Assembly (NCBI GenBank): GCA_002269645.1
Contig: NIVC01000001.1
Coordinates: 124,001-188,000 of the forward strand
Source: Macrostomum lignano
Lineage: Eukaryota
Direction: 5' to 3'
Length of the DNA: 64,000 nucleotides
Under the pieces are notes generated by a model, which saw only the letters and a list, made by a program, of their open reading frames with translations, ran no database searches and was not told the DNA's origin. This document shows positions 1-13,496 of this stretch, in pieces (the stretch's first letter is position 1; every line of letters begins with the position of its first letter). The position numbers and the translations under genes are program-made.

Positions 1-115
1 CTGGCACCCATTTTACAGCTGGGTGAACTGAAGCAATGCAGAGTGTTTAGTGCCTTGCTAAAGGACACAAAAATTGTTCCCCGTGGGTCGAGAATCGAAC
101 CCCCGACCTTTCAGT
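1..115 (-). mobile_element. Partial copy of a tRNA-derived SINE
   Basis: Near-identical to 7829-7930 (CTGGCACCCATTTTACAGCTGGGTGAACTGAAGCAATGCAGAGT); B-box-like GGTTCGATTC on minus. Confidence 0.7.
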
Positions 116-170
116 AGTGTCAATATACATGTATAATTAAAACATTGAAATGCTCAAAGTGCAGGATAAT

Positions 171-409
171 GGGCCGTATGCAGAAAGCCTAGTCCAGACT
201 AGCTAGTCCGGACTTGGGTAGTTCAGTCTATAGTCTATGGTCCAGCTAGCATAGTTCTGCTATAGTAGACTGGTCTAACTTTGTGTTTCTGCATACCAAA
301 TCCAAGTCCAGACTAGCTTTTCAAGACCGGACTACCCTAGACCACAGATACTAAATACTAAATATAATACTAAGTATTTATTATCTGTGGAGCTTTCTGC
401 ATACGGCCC
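171..409. mobile_element. MITE, PIF/Harbinger-like
   Basis: Perfect 18-bp TIRs GGGCCGTATGCAGAAAGC (171-188 and 392-409) flanked by a 3-bp TSD AAT. Confidence 0.8.
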
Positions 410-695
410 AATGTGTCTTTGCGGGTGTGCTTGAATTGCTCATAATGCATATTCATGTTTGAGCCAGAACACGTGCCTGTCCCTAAGATGCTTGAATCTT
501 TAAAATATTTGTGAGCACATCCCACATCAACATTCGATCTCTATTAGCAGTAGTGCATGATCCTTCCTGGCGCAAAAATAGGTTTTGGGGAAACACAACT
601 ACTTGAGGCAGAAATTTCGCCACTCAAAAGTTCAAGTGGCAAAGAGCAGCAGGAAAAATATGCTGCAATCTGCGGAAACTTAACACGGAACTCAC

Positions 696-3600
696 GTCCA
701 ACATCGCTGAACAGGTAGCTGCCGCAGAAAGACATCACCAGCACGGCCACCGGCAGGGAAAAGTCCGCCATCAGCTCCCGCTTCGCGCGGTTCAAGTAGG
801 GCCTGAAATTGAGCAGTTGAGTTTGTTGATGACGCTGGCTTTTACCTTGTTGAGGAGGCTGCAGGCTAGGGGCCAAGGTGTTGACTAACAGATCAAGGTA
901 CGCATCTGCAAGGGAAACTGCCCTTAGAGTGCATGCAGAAGCACAAATCCAATCACCAACTCCCAAGACATAGAGGGTGTACATTTTGAAAGACATAGAG
1001 GTTTTTGCCCGCAACAAAACAAGATCTCAGAAACTGGCAGAGTTTCTCTCACGTCTTGGTGAAGTTGAGCAGGTACATGGCCAGGAACACGGTTCCCGCG
1101 CACAGCATCAGAAACAGGATGCTGATGTCACGCCTGCAGCTGGGGGCGGCGAGATCTGGCGTTGAGGCATTGCTGCTATCGATAAGAGGCGCTATGAGCG
1201 TCGCGTCCGACAGGTTGGCAATGCTTGCGGCGTCAGTGGCGTTGGCGATGGGCTTTGCGCAGGAGTAGTTCTCGCGGAACACTGCGGATAGGAAATAAGT
1301 TGTTCCTTATGTACTCGCTGTGTCTAAAGCTTGAGCAATAATATAAAAGCAGGTAACAGTTGCCCTTCCAGTTGGGCTCCATGCACTGTGTGACACCCTG
1401 AAATTCGGGTTGGGACTCCACATCGTGACTCTAAGACCTTCAGGTTGTTGGGATTCCACATCGTGACTCCAAGACCTTCAGGTTGTTGGGATTCCAAATC
1501 GTGACTCCAAGACCTTCAGGTTGTTGGGACTCCACATCGTGACTCCAAGACCTTCAGGTTGTTGGGACTCCACATCGTGACTCCAAGACCTTCAGGTTGT
1601 TGGGATTCCACATCGTGACTCCAAGACCTTCAGGTTGTTGGGACTCCACATCGTGACTCCAAGACCTTCAGGTTGTTGGGATTCCACATCGTGACTCCAA
1701 GACCTTCAGGTTGTTGGGATTCCACATCGTGACTCCAAGACCTTCAGGTTGTTGGGATTCCACATCGTGACTCTAAGACCTTCAGGTTGTTGGGATTCCA
1801 CATCGTGACTCCAGGACCTTCCATTTGGAATCCCAAATCTTTTTGGAAACCTAGCCTCGATTACCTCCACGGGTTGAAATCCCATACTAAGACTATTACT
1901 ACGTAAAAAGGAAACGTAGATTTGGGAAAATCTGCTTCTGTCTTTGCGCGCAGATTAGAGCGCCAGCTTGTAATAATCCGACCAGCTGAGGGAACAGTGC
2001 TGAGGTCACTGCTCGGTGTGTGAGCTGTTGCTGTAGCGAACCACCGATCCGATTTTTCGTCTGTTTGGCATCGGAGCTGCCGGAAATTTTGCTTGAGCCG
2101 AGGAGGAGAGGCGAGAGGGAAGAGAGGAGTAACAGAGCAGCGAGCCCCAATTGTAGCGTGCAACTCGGATCGATTTACAGAGTCTGGCGAGTGGGGCGGA
2201 GGCGAGGGCATATTGATGCGGAGCCTATTGACTGCTACTTCCTTGCAGCAGAATCCTTTGTTGTTGCACACTGGCGGCGCGACTTCGGAAATAAGAGGTG
2301 CGTGTGGATCGAAAACTGAGAAAGAAACTGATGAAGATCTTGGAGACTGGGGGAAGTGAAGGACAATGGGATATGTGTGAGAGGCTTTTACAGGTGTCAT
2401 AGATGAAACAAAACGAGAACTGCTTTTTTGGAGAATAATACACCTAAAAATTGAATAATTTCTGTGGAAGAGCTGGAAGCACCCTGGCACAATGCCTTTG
2501 ACGACATCGTCCCACAACCATCTCTGGTAGAGGCATCTCTGTCCATTCGGCAGACTACTGACAAGCATCCATACAACCGCTCATGCAGGGTGTACAGCGG
2601 CCCTAACTTTCAAGTCGTCAAGCATGTACACTCTCTGTGCCTTCTGGGCTGGCCCTCACGGTGTGTGAATCGTACGACAACACACTGGCTAATTCGCGCG
2701 AGAGTCGGACGCGTTTACCGCAGAGCTGCTCCGCCCCATCGCTCACCATAGTAGACGCTTTTGTACGCCTCAACCATGAAGGCGATCGAAATGAACAGAG
2801 CGAATATCTCCTCTGTGCTGCGGGTGGACCAGCGCATCAGCTTGGCCATGTCCACAGTGGCGTACAGCAGCAGCAGCAGCGCGTTGAAGACTCCAACCCA
2901 ACCGAATAGGGCAAAGAAGTCCAGGCCGTGCGCCTCGCTCACCTCGTAGATGACTGTGACAACGAGTTGGTTGGGCGGTCTGTCCGTTTATTGGCATTTT
3001 CTACCTCGCTTGGTAAGCATTAGCTGTCTTTCCCTAGCCTTTGCACTTATCAATTAGTCCTTATACCCCTGCTGGCGCCCACCCCATTGCACTGGCCTCT
3101 CTCCTTCCCTACCCCTGCTGGCACCCACCCCATTGCACTATCCTCTCTCCTTTCCTACCCCTGCTGGCGCCCACCCCATTGCACATGGCCTCTCTCCTTC
3201 CCTACCCCTGTGGGGCGCCCACCCCATTGCACTATCCTCTCTCCTTCCCTACCCCTGCTGGCACCCCACCCCATTGCACTGGCCTCTCTCCTTCCCAATC
3301 CTGCTGGCACCCACCCCATCGCACTGTCCTCTCTCCTTCTCTACCCCTGCTGGCACCCACCCCATTACACTGTCCTCTCTCCTTTCCTACCCCACCCCAT
3401 GGGATGAAGGAAGATAGTATTCTCCTTTCTCACATTGCACGCGAATTGAACACCTATCTTCTCACTCACTTCTTGTATAGAGAGCCAGGGGAGCTGTAGT
3501 CAACATCACGATCAGCGGCTGTCCCCCAATCAGAGCGAACACGACGCCACCAATGCCCTGCGACAGAACGACGCGTTCGACACCTGCGAATTTCCGGTCG

Positions 3601-5302
3601 GCTTGCAGTTTGTCACATGGAGTCTATGGAGTAGAGCAAATGAGTGACTCTTAGCACTGTGACTTGGTGACTACTCACTGATTTTTCCATCGGTTTGTTT
3701 GTGGTTGAGCACACCGAAGGCGATGCAGGGCAACAGGCAAGCGAAGTATAAAAAGATGACAGTCGATAGCACCTTTGTCAAGGTCTTAGGTCCACGGAAG
3801 CCTTGCGGAAATAATCAATTTAAATGTTGGAGTTTGGGAACTTGTTTTGTACTCGTTTAAAACTCAAAGCCACAGTCCTTACCATCGACAAAGTCGGACG
3901 GGTAGTGACGCAGCCTCCTCTTAATGTCAGCTTTGATGCCGTTGCACAGAAGCCAGCTATTTTCCTGGAAAAATGATTGAGTAACACAATGCTAAGTTTA
4001 TTTGAAGGCTAATTACTTTTACATTGGCACTGAATTTTTCAACATGAGAGAGACACTTGCATAACTGAAGGCCTGCGTCATGAAGTCTTTGGTGCGCAGA
4101 CTCTTCCGCCTGTAGATTCTCTGTTCCTCGCCAAGATCCTGGGCGTGGCTCTGCATCATCGACTTGAACTCGTCCTCGGATTCTGCCAGCATCAGTCGCT
4201 GACGAAAGTCCGCGTCAGCCAAGATTGTGGCGAAGGTGCGGCCGATCTCGATGTCGCTTTTGGTGCCCTTCTGCTCGGGGCGGTGGGCGGGCAGGGGGTC
4301 GCATTTGTTGCTAACTGGCTAGAATCGAAGAGTTACAGCGACGCACTGAGATACAGTAGGCTATAGGGGACTTAGGAACCTGTCCAAACGTGTAATCTTC
4401 TGAGAAACACCAGCAGAAAGGTCTCTGAAACGACTCATAATATCGATATATAATAGCCTATTCAGCTGACTACTGAGCACACAAGCGGGCCAATGCTGTA
4501 CACAGGAACTCCACTCATACAGCCGCTCACACGGGGTTTCAAGGTGGCTGCTTGAGTCTATTTCTGGTCGAGGTCTTCAGAGGTTCCAAGATTAAGAGGG
4601 ATGTAGAGGGGATGTAGTGAGTGATGGAGAGGGACAGAGGCAGGCATATCGTGGATCCCAATCGAACCTCTTTAGTCGGCGTCACCACCAGCAGGATGAA
4701 ATGCACGCCCTCGGACGAGCGGCCCAAGTTGACGGGGCTGCTGAGCCGCGCGATTGCGACGTGTCGCTTGTTGACGCCGCTCAGCGAGCACCTGGACAGA
4801 GGCGATGTATCAGGCAGTGGTTGAAGCGGGCACTCTGTGGTCTAGACATGCGGGACACGGATATTTCAGTTACTCACATCGTGCACAGCCAGCTATTGTC
4901 CGTGATCAGGCCTTCACTGTCGATCACCGAAATACTCTTGATGGTCTTGGCTAGTCGCTGATCTGAACAAGGATAAATGCAAGGGATTTGTCACGTTGCT
5001 TCAGTCAAAGTCAGCTGCATAAAATCGCGTGTTTTTGCTATTCAAGTTCAAGGTAGAGTATCGCTCCTTAGCCCTAACCCTAACCCTAACCCTAACATCA
5101 TTCCGAACCTTACAGTCATTGCTGAAGCCCCTGTGTCGGTAGAACCTCTCTCTCTGCTTAGGCCGAGTCAAGAGATGGCTTCTCTAGCTGCAGTGATCTC
5201 TTTGTGTGCAGATGCAGATATCACGAATCAAGCACAAAGTACAACGATAGCGAACTCGTTCTCAAAGCGAGCTTTTATTAATCATATTTCAGCCAGAGAG
5301 GG

Positions 5303-5338
<36 letters not shown>

Positions 5339-8300
5339 AGAGAGAGCGGGGCGGCCAGAAGGGCTTGTGGATCGCAGAGCTTCCATTGCAGATTGCCTTC
5401 GCCTTGGAAGAAGAAGCGACTACAGCGGCAGGGTCTGATGGGGCCTCCTAGAAGATTTGCCGAATAGAGTGAGTTCTGCTTGATAGTTCTCCCTATCCAT
5501 GCTCCCCTCATTTGGGATTTAATTATCCCTATGCCCTACAGCTCAGAGGATCTACCCGCTCCTCTGGAGCTTTCGATCAGCAGTCACTCTTTTCACCTCT
5601 CAGCTTCTGCTTCTCTTTGGCATAAGAGTTTTTTAACCATTTAATTAACTTCTACTGAAATATTTTCATTTTTATCCCGTGCTCTTACTCTCCCGCACAT
5701 CCCTACCCTCTCCATCCGCAATCCGGAGTCTAGCGCATTAACTTGTTGATAATTAAGTCTGCCCAGCCCCCGCTCTCACAGCTGTAATCCATCCAGGAGG
5801 CTTGCAGGAACAGGGTCTTCTTGGCATCTTGGACTTTTGCTTCCAGTGCAGCGTCGTTTGGGTCGCCTCCGTCAGCAGCCGCTGCTCCGGTTGAGGTGGC
5901 CGCTTGGTCAGCTTGGGCCGCCGCCGATACCGGATGCTGGTGATGCTGGTTGTGGTGATGATGATGATGATGGTTGCTTCCGTGAGCCTCGATGTCTGCT
6001 TTGAAAATTGATTGCAACATTCGGTCGATGATGCTTTCGATGTTGTCGCCCTCGAGGTCCAGCAGCAGGGTGGCTTCCTTGAGGAAGCGTTCGATGTCCA
6101 AATTCGCACGGATTTCGCTGCTGAAGTCTTTTAGTGGAATTTTCTGAGCAGGAAAAATTGTTTCGGTTTTGAGCAATTTAGAAGGCAACTATGGAGGATA
6201 GTCAGGGTGAGGCTAAGGGCTAGGGTTAAAGAGTCAGGTTGAGGCTAAGGGCTAGAGTCAGTCAGAGTGAGGTTAAGGGTCGGGTTTTGTTAGGGTGAGG
6301 TGAGGGTTTAAATGGTAATGCAAGATAAACCATTTTAACCAATAACCAAAGTTAATCTCAGAAGTAAAAGGAATCTCAAAAATAAAACTCACCTCTAACC
6401 GGGACACAACCAGGCAAGGCAGCGTTTCGTCTGAAGAAATGGTAAAACAGTAATTAAAATAACAAATTAGAACTTTTTAACTGAGTTGCTAAGCAACCAG
6501 GTGTGCAGGCAAACTTGAAAGAAATTAGGTTCCCACTAGGACGCCAGATGCCTGAGACTATAGTCCCTGTAGGGATTACCTGTGCCTGTGTCAGCCTAAT
6601 CCCGCCGAATTGGAAACTAATTATAATTTACCTGCGAAACTTTCTTTCGAAAGATTATTAGTGCTCACGTACTTTTAATGTGCAAACAGACAGCTGGGTA
6701 TAATCTGCTTTGCTGCTGCCCAAGCGGAACTGCTCGCAATTTACTGACAGCTTGGCTGATTGGCAAACCAATAATTTCCTGCCATTTCTCGAACAAAACA
6801 TCATCGTTAAAGCTTCCGGATTATTATTCGCTCCAAGAGTCAAGACAGCCCAGGAGAAAACAACACGCTTTCCCCTCTCATTTCTTAGAATCTTGATTTC
6901 CTCGTTGGATTCTGCTGCACAATACCTGTCCTACTCTCCTTCATACCAGCATTTGCGGTGAGGCAGCAACGCTACCTAAGAGTGACGTCATCCAACAGCC
7001 CACAGATTAACCTTTGTCCGCCGAGTCCTCGACTGCGGTGGCCTGACCGCTGCCGCTGTTGTCAAGCGAGTTCGAATAGGCATAAGAGCTGTTGCTAAGG
7101 ACGCTCTCCATGCGGTAGATCTCCCTGCAACGGACGGGTGTCGGCGGCATGTGGCCTCTGCGACTGCCGCCGCTGCCACTGCGACCGTCGAGCATGTCGG
7201 TGCCGCTCGATGTCGATGAGCTCGAAGGTGCCCACTCGGCAGCTGCCTACGCGCCTCTTTCTCCCGTATTTTGCACGCCCCTCCCTCCGCCTTCAGCCAA
7301 TGAACAGAGGGTTCGCCCTCGTTTTGGGGATTAGAAGTTGAGCTGGGTTGGATGAGGCTGACAATGAAGCTGACTGAAAGAAGCTTAGAGGGGAAGCGAC
7401 CCGCTGCCTGTGTTTTTCTTAAGCAGAAAAGTCTAGAAAAACAACCTGCCCCCCCCCCCGGTGTCTCGGCCGGGCCTGATCCATCCCATCAACTCAGATT
7501 ATCTTGAAGCATTTCTGAATTTCCTTCTGTCGTAAAAGTTAAGGTCGGGTCTTCTTTTTTCTCATAGCTTGAGAGTCCGGGTTGACGGCGTGGCGAGCAA
7601 GCTGAGGTTATTTCAAGTATTTCGTCAGGTTGCTCAATACAGGGTTTTGATAACACTGCTAGCAGTGTAGTATTTGAGCATACAGGATGTGCCAGATGTG
7701 TTTGAGCCAGATGTGCAACCGACAGCTCAGTCGCAGCTATTGCGCGGCGCATCTGAAGGCTGCGTACGGCTGTTCAGTCCAAGGACTGGGGGGGGGGTCG
7801 CCACACGCCCTCAATTACCCCAGCTAATGCTGGCACCCATTTTACAGCTGGGTGAACTGAAGCAATGCAGAGTTAAGTGTCTTGCTCAAGGACACAAATT
7901 GTTCCAGTGGGATCGGGAATCGAACCCCGCGAGTCCGACGCTCCTACCACTGTGCTGCAACCCTCGTGTACAGGATAAGTACAAATTTTAAGTACTTAAG
8001 TCGGATTTTGATAAGGAAAAAATATGTCCAGGGCCTTCTACTAAAGGCAGTAGCATGAACGGAAAGTTTTTGAAACCCTGACCTCTGCAGGACATTTTTC
8101 AATACCCGTTGTGAGACACTGGGGAGTCAGCAGCCCTCTGAAAGCACCGTTGAAATCACAACAGGTGTAGATGGTATGCTCGGCATGTGCACAGGTTCAG
8201 TGGAGCAGCTGGCCGCTTACCAACTCCATCAGGACTTCGGTAGTACATAGCCAGGCTGCCTCCGCTGATGAGGCTTAGGTTGTCTCCGCCTGCAGCGCCT

Positions 8301-8605
8301 CCGCCGATGCGGTCCATGGAGCCGCCGCTGCCCCGCGATTTGCGACGTTGCTGCAAGAGCAGATGCTGCTGCTGCTGATGCTGCTGCTGATATTGCTGAT
8401 GCTGCTGGGCGTGCCGCTTTACGCTGCCCAGCTGCCGGTCGGGAGGCGCCAGTTGCGCCGGGTGCGGCTGCTGCTGCAGCTCACCGAACTGCTGGCGAGA
8501 GCCGTTGTTTTCCGCAGCCGCCTGTTGAGCTTCGGCTTCCTCATCAAAGTCGCCGTCCTCTGGACCTTCGGGCAGCGGCTGCTGGTGCTGACTTTGAAGC
8601 TTCAT
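696..8605 (-). CDS. SLC4A11: SLC4A11/BTR1-like SLC4 transporter (NH3/H+(OH-) type), 3' part beyond the left window edge
   Basis: Exons (minus) 8605-8221?, 7242-7012?, 6430-6393, 6143-5780, 4962-4878, 4791-4668, 4270-4061, 3964-3883, 3801-3679, 3583-3470, 2953-2747, 1281-1053, 802-696 are phase-consistent. Motifs: KDFSSEIRA, SWLC, EIGRTFAT, FLYFACLLPCIAFG, GQPLIVMLTTAPLALY, RSTEEIFALFISIAF, PYLNRAKRELMADFSLP. The two most 5' exons are tentative (weak acceptor at 7243). Confidence 0.9.
1411..1820. repeat. 38-bp minisatellite, about 10 copies, SLC4A11 intron
   Basis: Unit CCACATCGTGACTCCAAGACCTTCAGGTTGTTGGGATT; period 38 measured. Confidence 0.95.
2594..2650. mobile_element. Truncated copy of the TA-flanked MITE at 58861-58988
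   Basis: TA|CAGCGGCCCTAACTTT...GCATGTACACT...CTGTGCC matches the reverse complement of the right end of 58861-58988. Confidence 0.6.
3063..3400. repeat. 46-bp C-rich minisatellite, about 7 copies, SLC4A11 intron
   Basis: Unit CCCTACCCCTGCTGGCGCCCACCCCATTGCACTGGCCTCTCTCCTT. Confidence 0.9.
5072..5096. repeat. Short interstitial telomere-type (CCCTAA)4
   Basis: Direct reading; an (AG)n tract lies nearby at about 5305-5337. Confidence 0.8.
7825..7960 (-). mobile_element. tRNA-derived SINE with CORE-like central domain
   Basis: Minus strand: A-box-like CAGTGGTAGGAGCG, B-box GGTTCGATTCCC, then TGTGTCCTTGAGCAAGACACTTAAC...CAGCTGTAAAATGGG resembling the MIR/CORE-type domain; second copy at 1-115. 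May extend left of 7825. Confidence 0.7.
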
Positions 8606-9989
8606 GGATCTGCTGTTTTGCTGCTGACGGAACTGCAGCTGCTGCTGCTGCTGATGCTGAGCTTTCTCGAAACCGAAACTTGTCGTACGGCCTGCAGTTT
8701 GCGGTGAACGATTCTGCACAGTCTTTTTCCTGCAGTGGGCCTTTATTGCACTGGCTTTTGGGTCCTATTAACACCTGATCTTGGTCTTCTTTACACCCGA
8801 TATTAGAAGCTGTTTGTAATACACAGAATTTAGGAGCAATCACGATGCCTTTTAGTCCTTGAGCAGTGCACACGGTGGAGTACTCTCGTGCTTTTTCGTG
8901 TCACCTCTCCCTAACTACACTTCAGGTGATAAAAATCGTGCAGCAAAAAGCAAACAGATAGAAAGGAGGGGCATTTTTCACATGCGCCAAGAACCGGCAG
9001 CCGAGAATTCTATGATTGATTGGCCTGCCGTGGGAGGCGGCCGGGAACAGCCCAGTGCGGAGGTGAAAGCTCGGACCGATTTAATTAGCGTCTCAGCCTC
9101 CGCGCTCCATCTCTCTGGAGCAGTTTTCACCATCGAACCTGATCAACCGTGCGCCATCGAACCGGCACTCGAGACCGGTCTGCCCTCTTCATGTCACAGA
9201 AATCTAATTTCCCACATAACGGACTAATGCCCCTTGCTCCTGTCTTTCAAGGCCCAACGCGCCTGCGCTGATAAGAAAAAAGACCGCGTTTATAGGGATA
9301 AAGTGCGGAATTAATCCGAGTAATCTGGTAAAGAACAGATAGTCTGACCAAATTGAAGCAGACATGACTGTTCTGGGAAAAAAACAACGACCTCTCTATA
9401 GTTGCGGCTGAGACCAGAGCCTAGCCCATAACTCCTATAATTTCATGTTTCTCCAGCCTACCTTCCGCCATTCCGAAGCAAGCCACGCCCGCCCCTAGAG
9501 ACGGCAAGAGAGGAGGAATAACTACTTTTGAGCTGGCGAGTCCGCTCAGCCCCTCTTGTGCCGCTTCCGCTCTCCCCGGAAGCCGAAACCCTAGCGCCAC
9601 TTAATGCTGCCTTCATTCGGACGGTAGCGAATAAAAAGATTGATGCGGGGAGCTCCGAGTTCCGAGACATAAGGGGGTTGTAGTTAGCTAGTTAATGTTA
9701 GTTTACTATAGCGGCTCTGGGAGCTGTCATTTCGCCGAACCATTGCGCACGTGAGCTGGCGCACGCTCACACAGGGTGCAAAGCAGCCCTGACTTTCTAA
9801 TTGCTCGGCATGTACACAGTCTGTATCTTGGAGGTTAGCCGTCGTGTGCGAGTGTCCGTATTTGAATGAACTCTCAAAGATTCCAAGATCGAATATATGC
9901 ATGAGTTTTGGAGTTTTAGTCAGGTTTAGTTGGGCTCCATCTTAGGCGCGACCTTGCAGGCGGTATATGATCGAGCATACGACCAATGA

Positions 9990-10230
9990 GTCTCTCAGGT
10001 CATGATTCACTGGCATCAGGGGAAATCCGTCCATCTGCCTTTCCGGTATTGAGAATACGGAGCACTTCATCTATGACTGCCCCGCCTTTACTCAGGACAG
10101 GCTCACGCCTCATCCCAAACCCGGACCTACACGAAGTTTTTAAGCCCGAGAAAAGGCTACTGGGCGAGCGACCATCCGTATGCTGAACTTTCTGGAGAAG
10201 GACCACGCTGCGGACACCGGCACTCAATAA
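9990..10230 (+). mobile_element. Degenerate 3' end of a non-LTR retrotransposon ORF2 (zinc-knuckle region)
   Basis: Broken frames give LSGHDSL and ENTEHFIYDCPAFTQDRL, resembling the LTGH and E-T-x-x-H-x-x-x-x-C-P LINE C-terminal motifs. Confidence 0.45.
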
Positions 10231-10284
10231 ATAGGACCCAATATCGGGTGTTAATTAATAGAATCAGATCGGGTGTCTCGTAAA

Positions 10285-10645
10285 TAGGACACAAGATGAG
10301 GTGTAAATAGGACCCAATATCATTTGTAAATTGGACACAATATAAGGTGTAAATATGACCCAAGATCAGGTGTAAATTGGACCAAGATAAGGTGTAAATA
10401 TGACCCAAGATCAGGTGTAAATTGGACCCAAGATAAGGTGTAAATTGGACCCAAGATAAGGTGTAAATTGGACCCAAGATAAGGTGTAAATTGGACCCAA
10501 GATAAGGTGTAAATATGCCCAAGATCAGGTGTAAATATGCCCAAGATAAGGTGTAAATATGCCCAAGATAAGGTGTAAATATGCCCAAGATAAGGTGTAA
10601 ATATGACCCAAGATCAGGTGTAAATTGGACCCAAGATAAGGTGTT
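10285..10645. repeat. About 23-bp minisatellite
   Basis: Unit CCCAAGATAAGGTGTAAATTGGA with variants. Confidence 0.9.
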
Positions 10646-11449
10646 AGCACAGTTTGAGGGGATATGAGTGGAAAAATCAAAGTCACTGGATCGTCTCAAT
10701 GGCATCACCATTAGATTTTGTTTCAGCCAGATTGTGCTACCGAATTTCCCACTCTCGATGTATAACACCATATTTGATCCATCTTGAGAATGGCAGCTTT
10801 TGAGTGATTAAAGGACTCTGGGAAGATGGGTCTTCTAGCAGCCGGATACTACAGTGGAACCAGCAATTGGGAAAAAGGGGAACACATAAGGAGGATTTAA
10901 GCAAGGGAAGACAGACGGGCCACAAGCTGGGGGACATCGCATTGCTACAAGCTTTGCTTCCTCGGGAGACAAAATGTGAGAAGAATTTTTTAAGGGAAGC
11001 GGAAAAGCAAAGCCTCAGCAGCTTCGTTTTTAATCTCCACCCCCTGCAGTCTCGGGCACGGGAAGAGAGGCGGAGCAGACGAAGCAGGGAGGGGGCTGGG
11101 CGGTTTTCCCGGCATGCAGCGACAGCAGCAGCCGATTCGCAGTGCTCGGCTGAGCGTGGATAAATAAATTCTCCGAGTCTCCGCAACTCGGGCGCCTGCG
11201 GTGCACTCGGGCCACGGCAGGCGCTGCTCCGGTGAGCGCTCAAGCCGGATGTACTTTTGCTCTACACAGCTCCGCCTTAGTTGCGGTGGTTTGAGTTGAG
11301 TCGCAATGATCCGGCAAAAGGAATCCTTTCAAGGTCTCAAATCATTGCCTGTGTGCTGAGTTCCCGCGCTCACAAAGTAATTTGGTTAAGAGGCTTTGGA
11401 CGCCTAATCCCAATAGTGTGTTGACCCTGAAAACTTCATTGAAGTATCA

Positions 11450-12095
<646 letters not shown>

Positions 12096-12507
12096 AAGTT
12101 ATACTCGCATGAGTTATACAGTAGTTCGTATTAATACCTCCCCAATGCTCCCAAATTTGGTATCTGCTGTTGTCAGATATTTGCCTGAGTTGTCAGTGTT
12201 GCCAAGTCAGCTCTGTGTGGGCGCCAAAAACTGGGGCAGAGCCGCGGTTTCAGCAGCAGGGCAGTGGGTTTTTTGACATTGGGTGTTCGCACTTTACTGC
12301 CGCAATTTAGGGAGAAACGAATCTCTGGATGAGACCGCCGTGTTTATGAATTGTGGAAAATCACAGCACTGACTTCAGTGCAAAACTGTTTTCCTCTGGT
12401 TTGCGTGGGCGTTTTTGATGCCTCCTTCAGACTCTTATAGGAGAGTCAGAAAAGCGAGCCAAATTATAATAATTAATCTGGGAGTTGCTCCGCCCTCAGT
12501 TTGGACA

Positions 12508-12945
12508 TGAGAATATCTGAGTGAGCTCAATGCGGATGGATATGAGAATATCAGAGAGTGCTCAATGCGGATGGATATGAGAATATCAGAGTGCTCAATG
12601 CGGATGGATATGAGAATATCAGAGAGTGCTCAATGCGGATGGATATGAGAATATCAGAGAGTGCTCAATGCGGATGGATATGAGAATATCAGAGTGCTCA
12701 ATGCGGATGGATATGAGAATATCAGAGTGCTCAATGCGGATGGATATGAGAATATCAGAGAGTGCTCAATGCGGATGGATATGAGAATATCAGAGTGCTC
12801 AATGCGGATGGATATGAGAATATCAGAGAGTGCTCAATGCGGATGGATATGTGAATATCAGAGAGGGTCAATGCGGATATGAGAATATCAGAGAGTGCTC
12901 AATGCAGATGTGACAATATCAGAGAGTGCTCAATGCGGATCTGAG
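12508..12945. repeat. 33/35-bp minisatellite
   Basis: Unit GAGTGCTCAATGCGGATGGATATGAGAATATCA(GA). Confidence 0.9.
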
Positions 12946-13496
12946 AAATGTTCATATCATTAGCAAAATAAGTGCATCCATTGGGAGTAGATCTTCGATC
13001 CTCAAGCATTACGACTCTCGAATGCCGCCGGGACTCAGAGGCAGACACAGGCAAGTCAGAGTACTCCCAGAAGCAAGCTCTAAGGCCCACAGTTGCTTGG
13101 GAATAATGGACATGAGTCCAGAAGATGAGCGGAAGGCTCTGCACTCCATCATACGGGCCAGCAAACCCGGAGGATCAATAGCATTAGATCCTAATGCTGG
13201 AATTATCTGTATAGAATAATGCATTAATGCAACACTGCCCAGAATCCCCTGTTTCAGAGATGAGGCCAGCCAAGCATAGAACATTTGATGAGTCTACAGC
13301 CGCCATAGCATTGTTGCAGTGCATCGAGTGACGCCAGTTTTATCACGCCTCCGCCGCCCCCTCCGACGGAAATAATTAAACTCTATTGTTTACCGTTATA
13401 CTATTAGTCCCGCGTTTTGTAACTTTTTCCTGCCTTGCTTAGGAGGGTGAAGCTGGATGTAAATTGTGATGGAGGAGTTTGGAATTAAAACTGCAG

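Noticed and set aside
7900-7960. tRNA gene
   Set aside because: Only A/B boxes are present, with no complete cloverleaf, and it is fused to a repeated SINE body.
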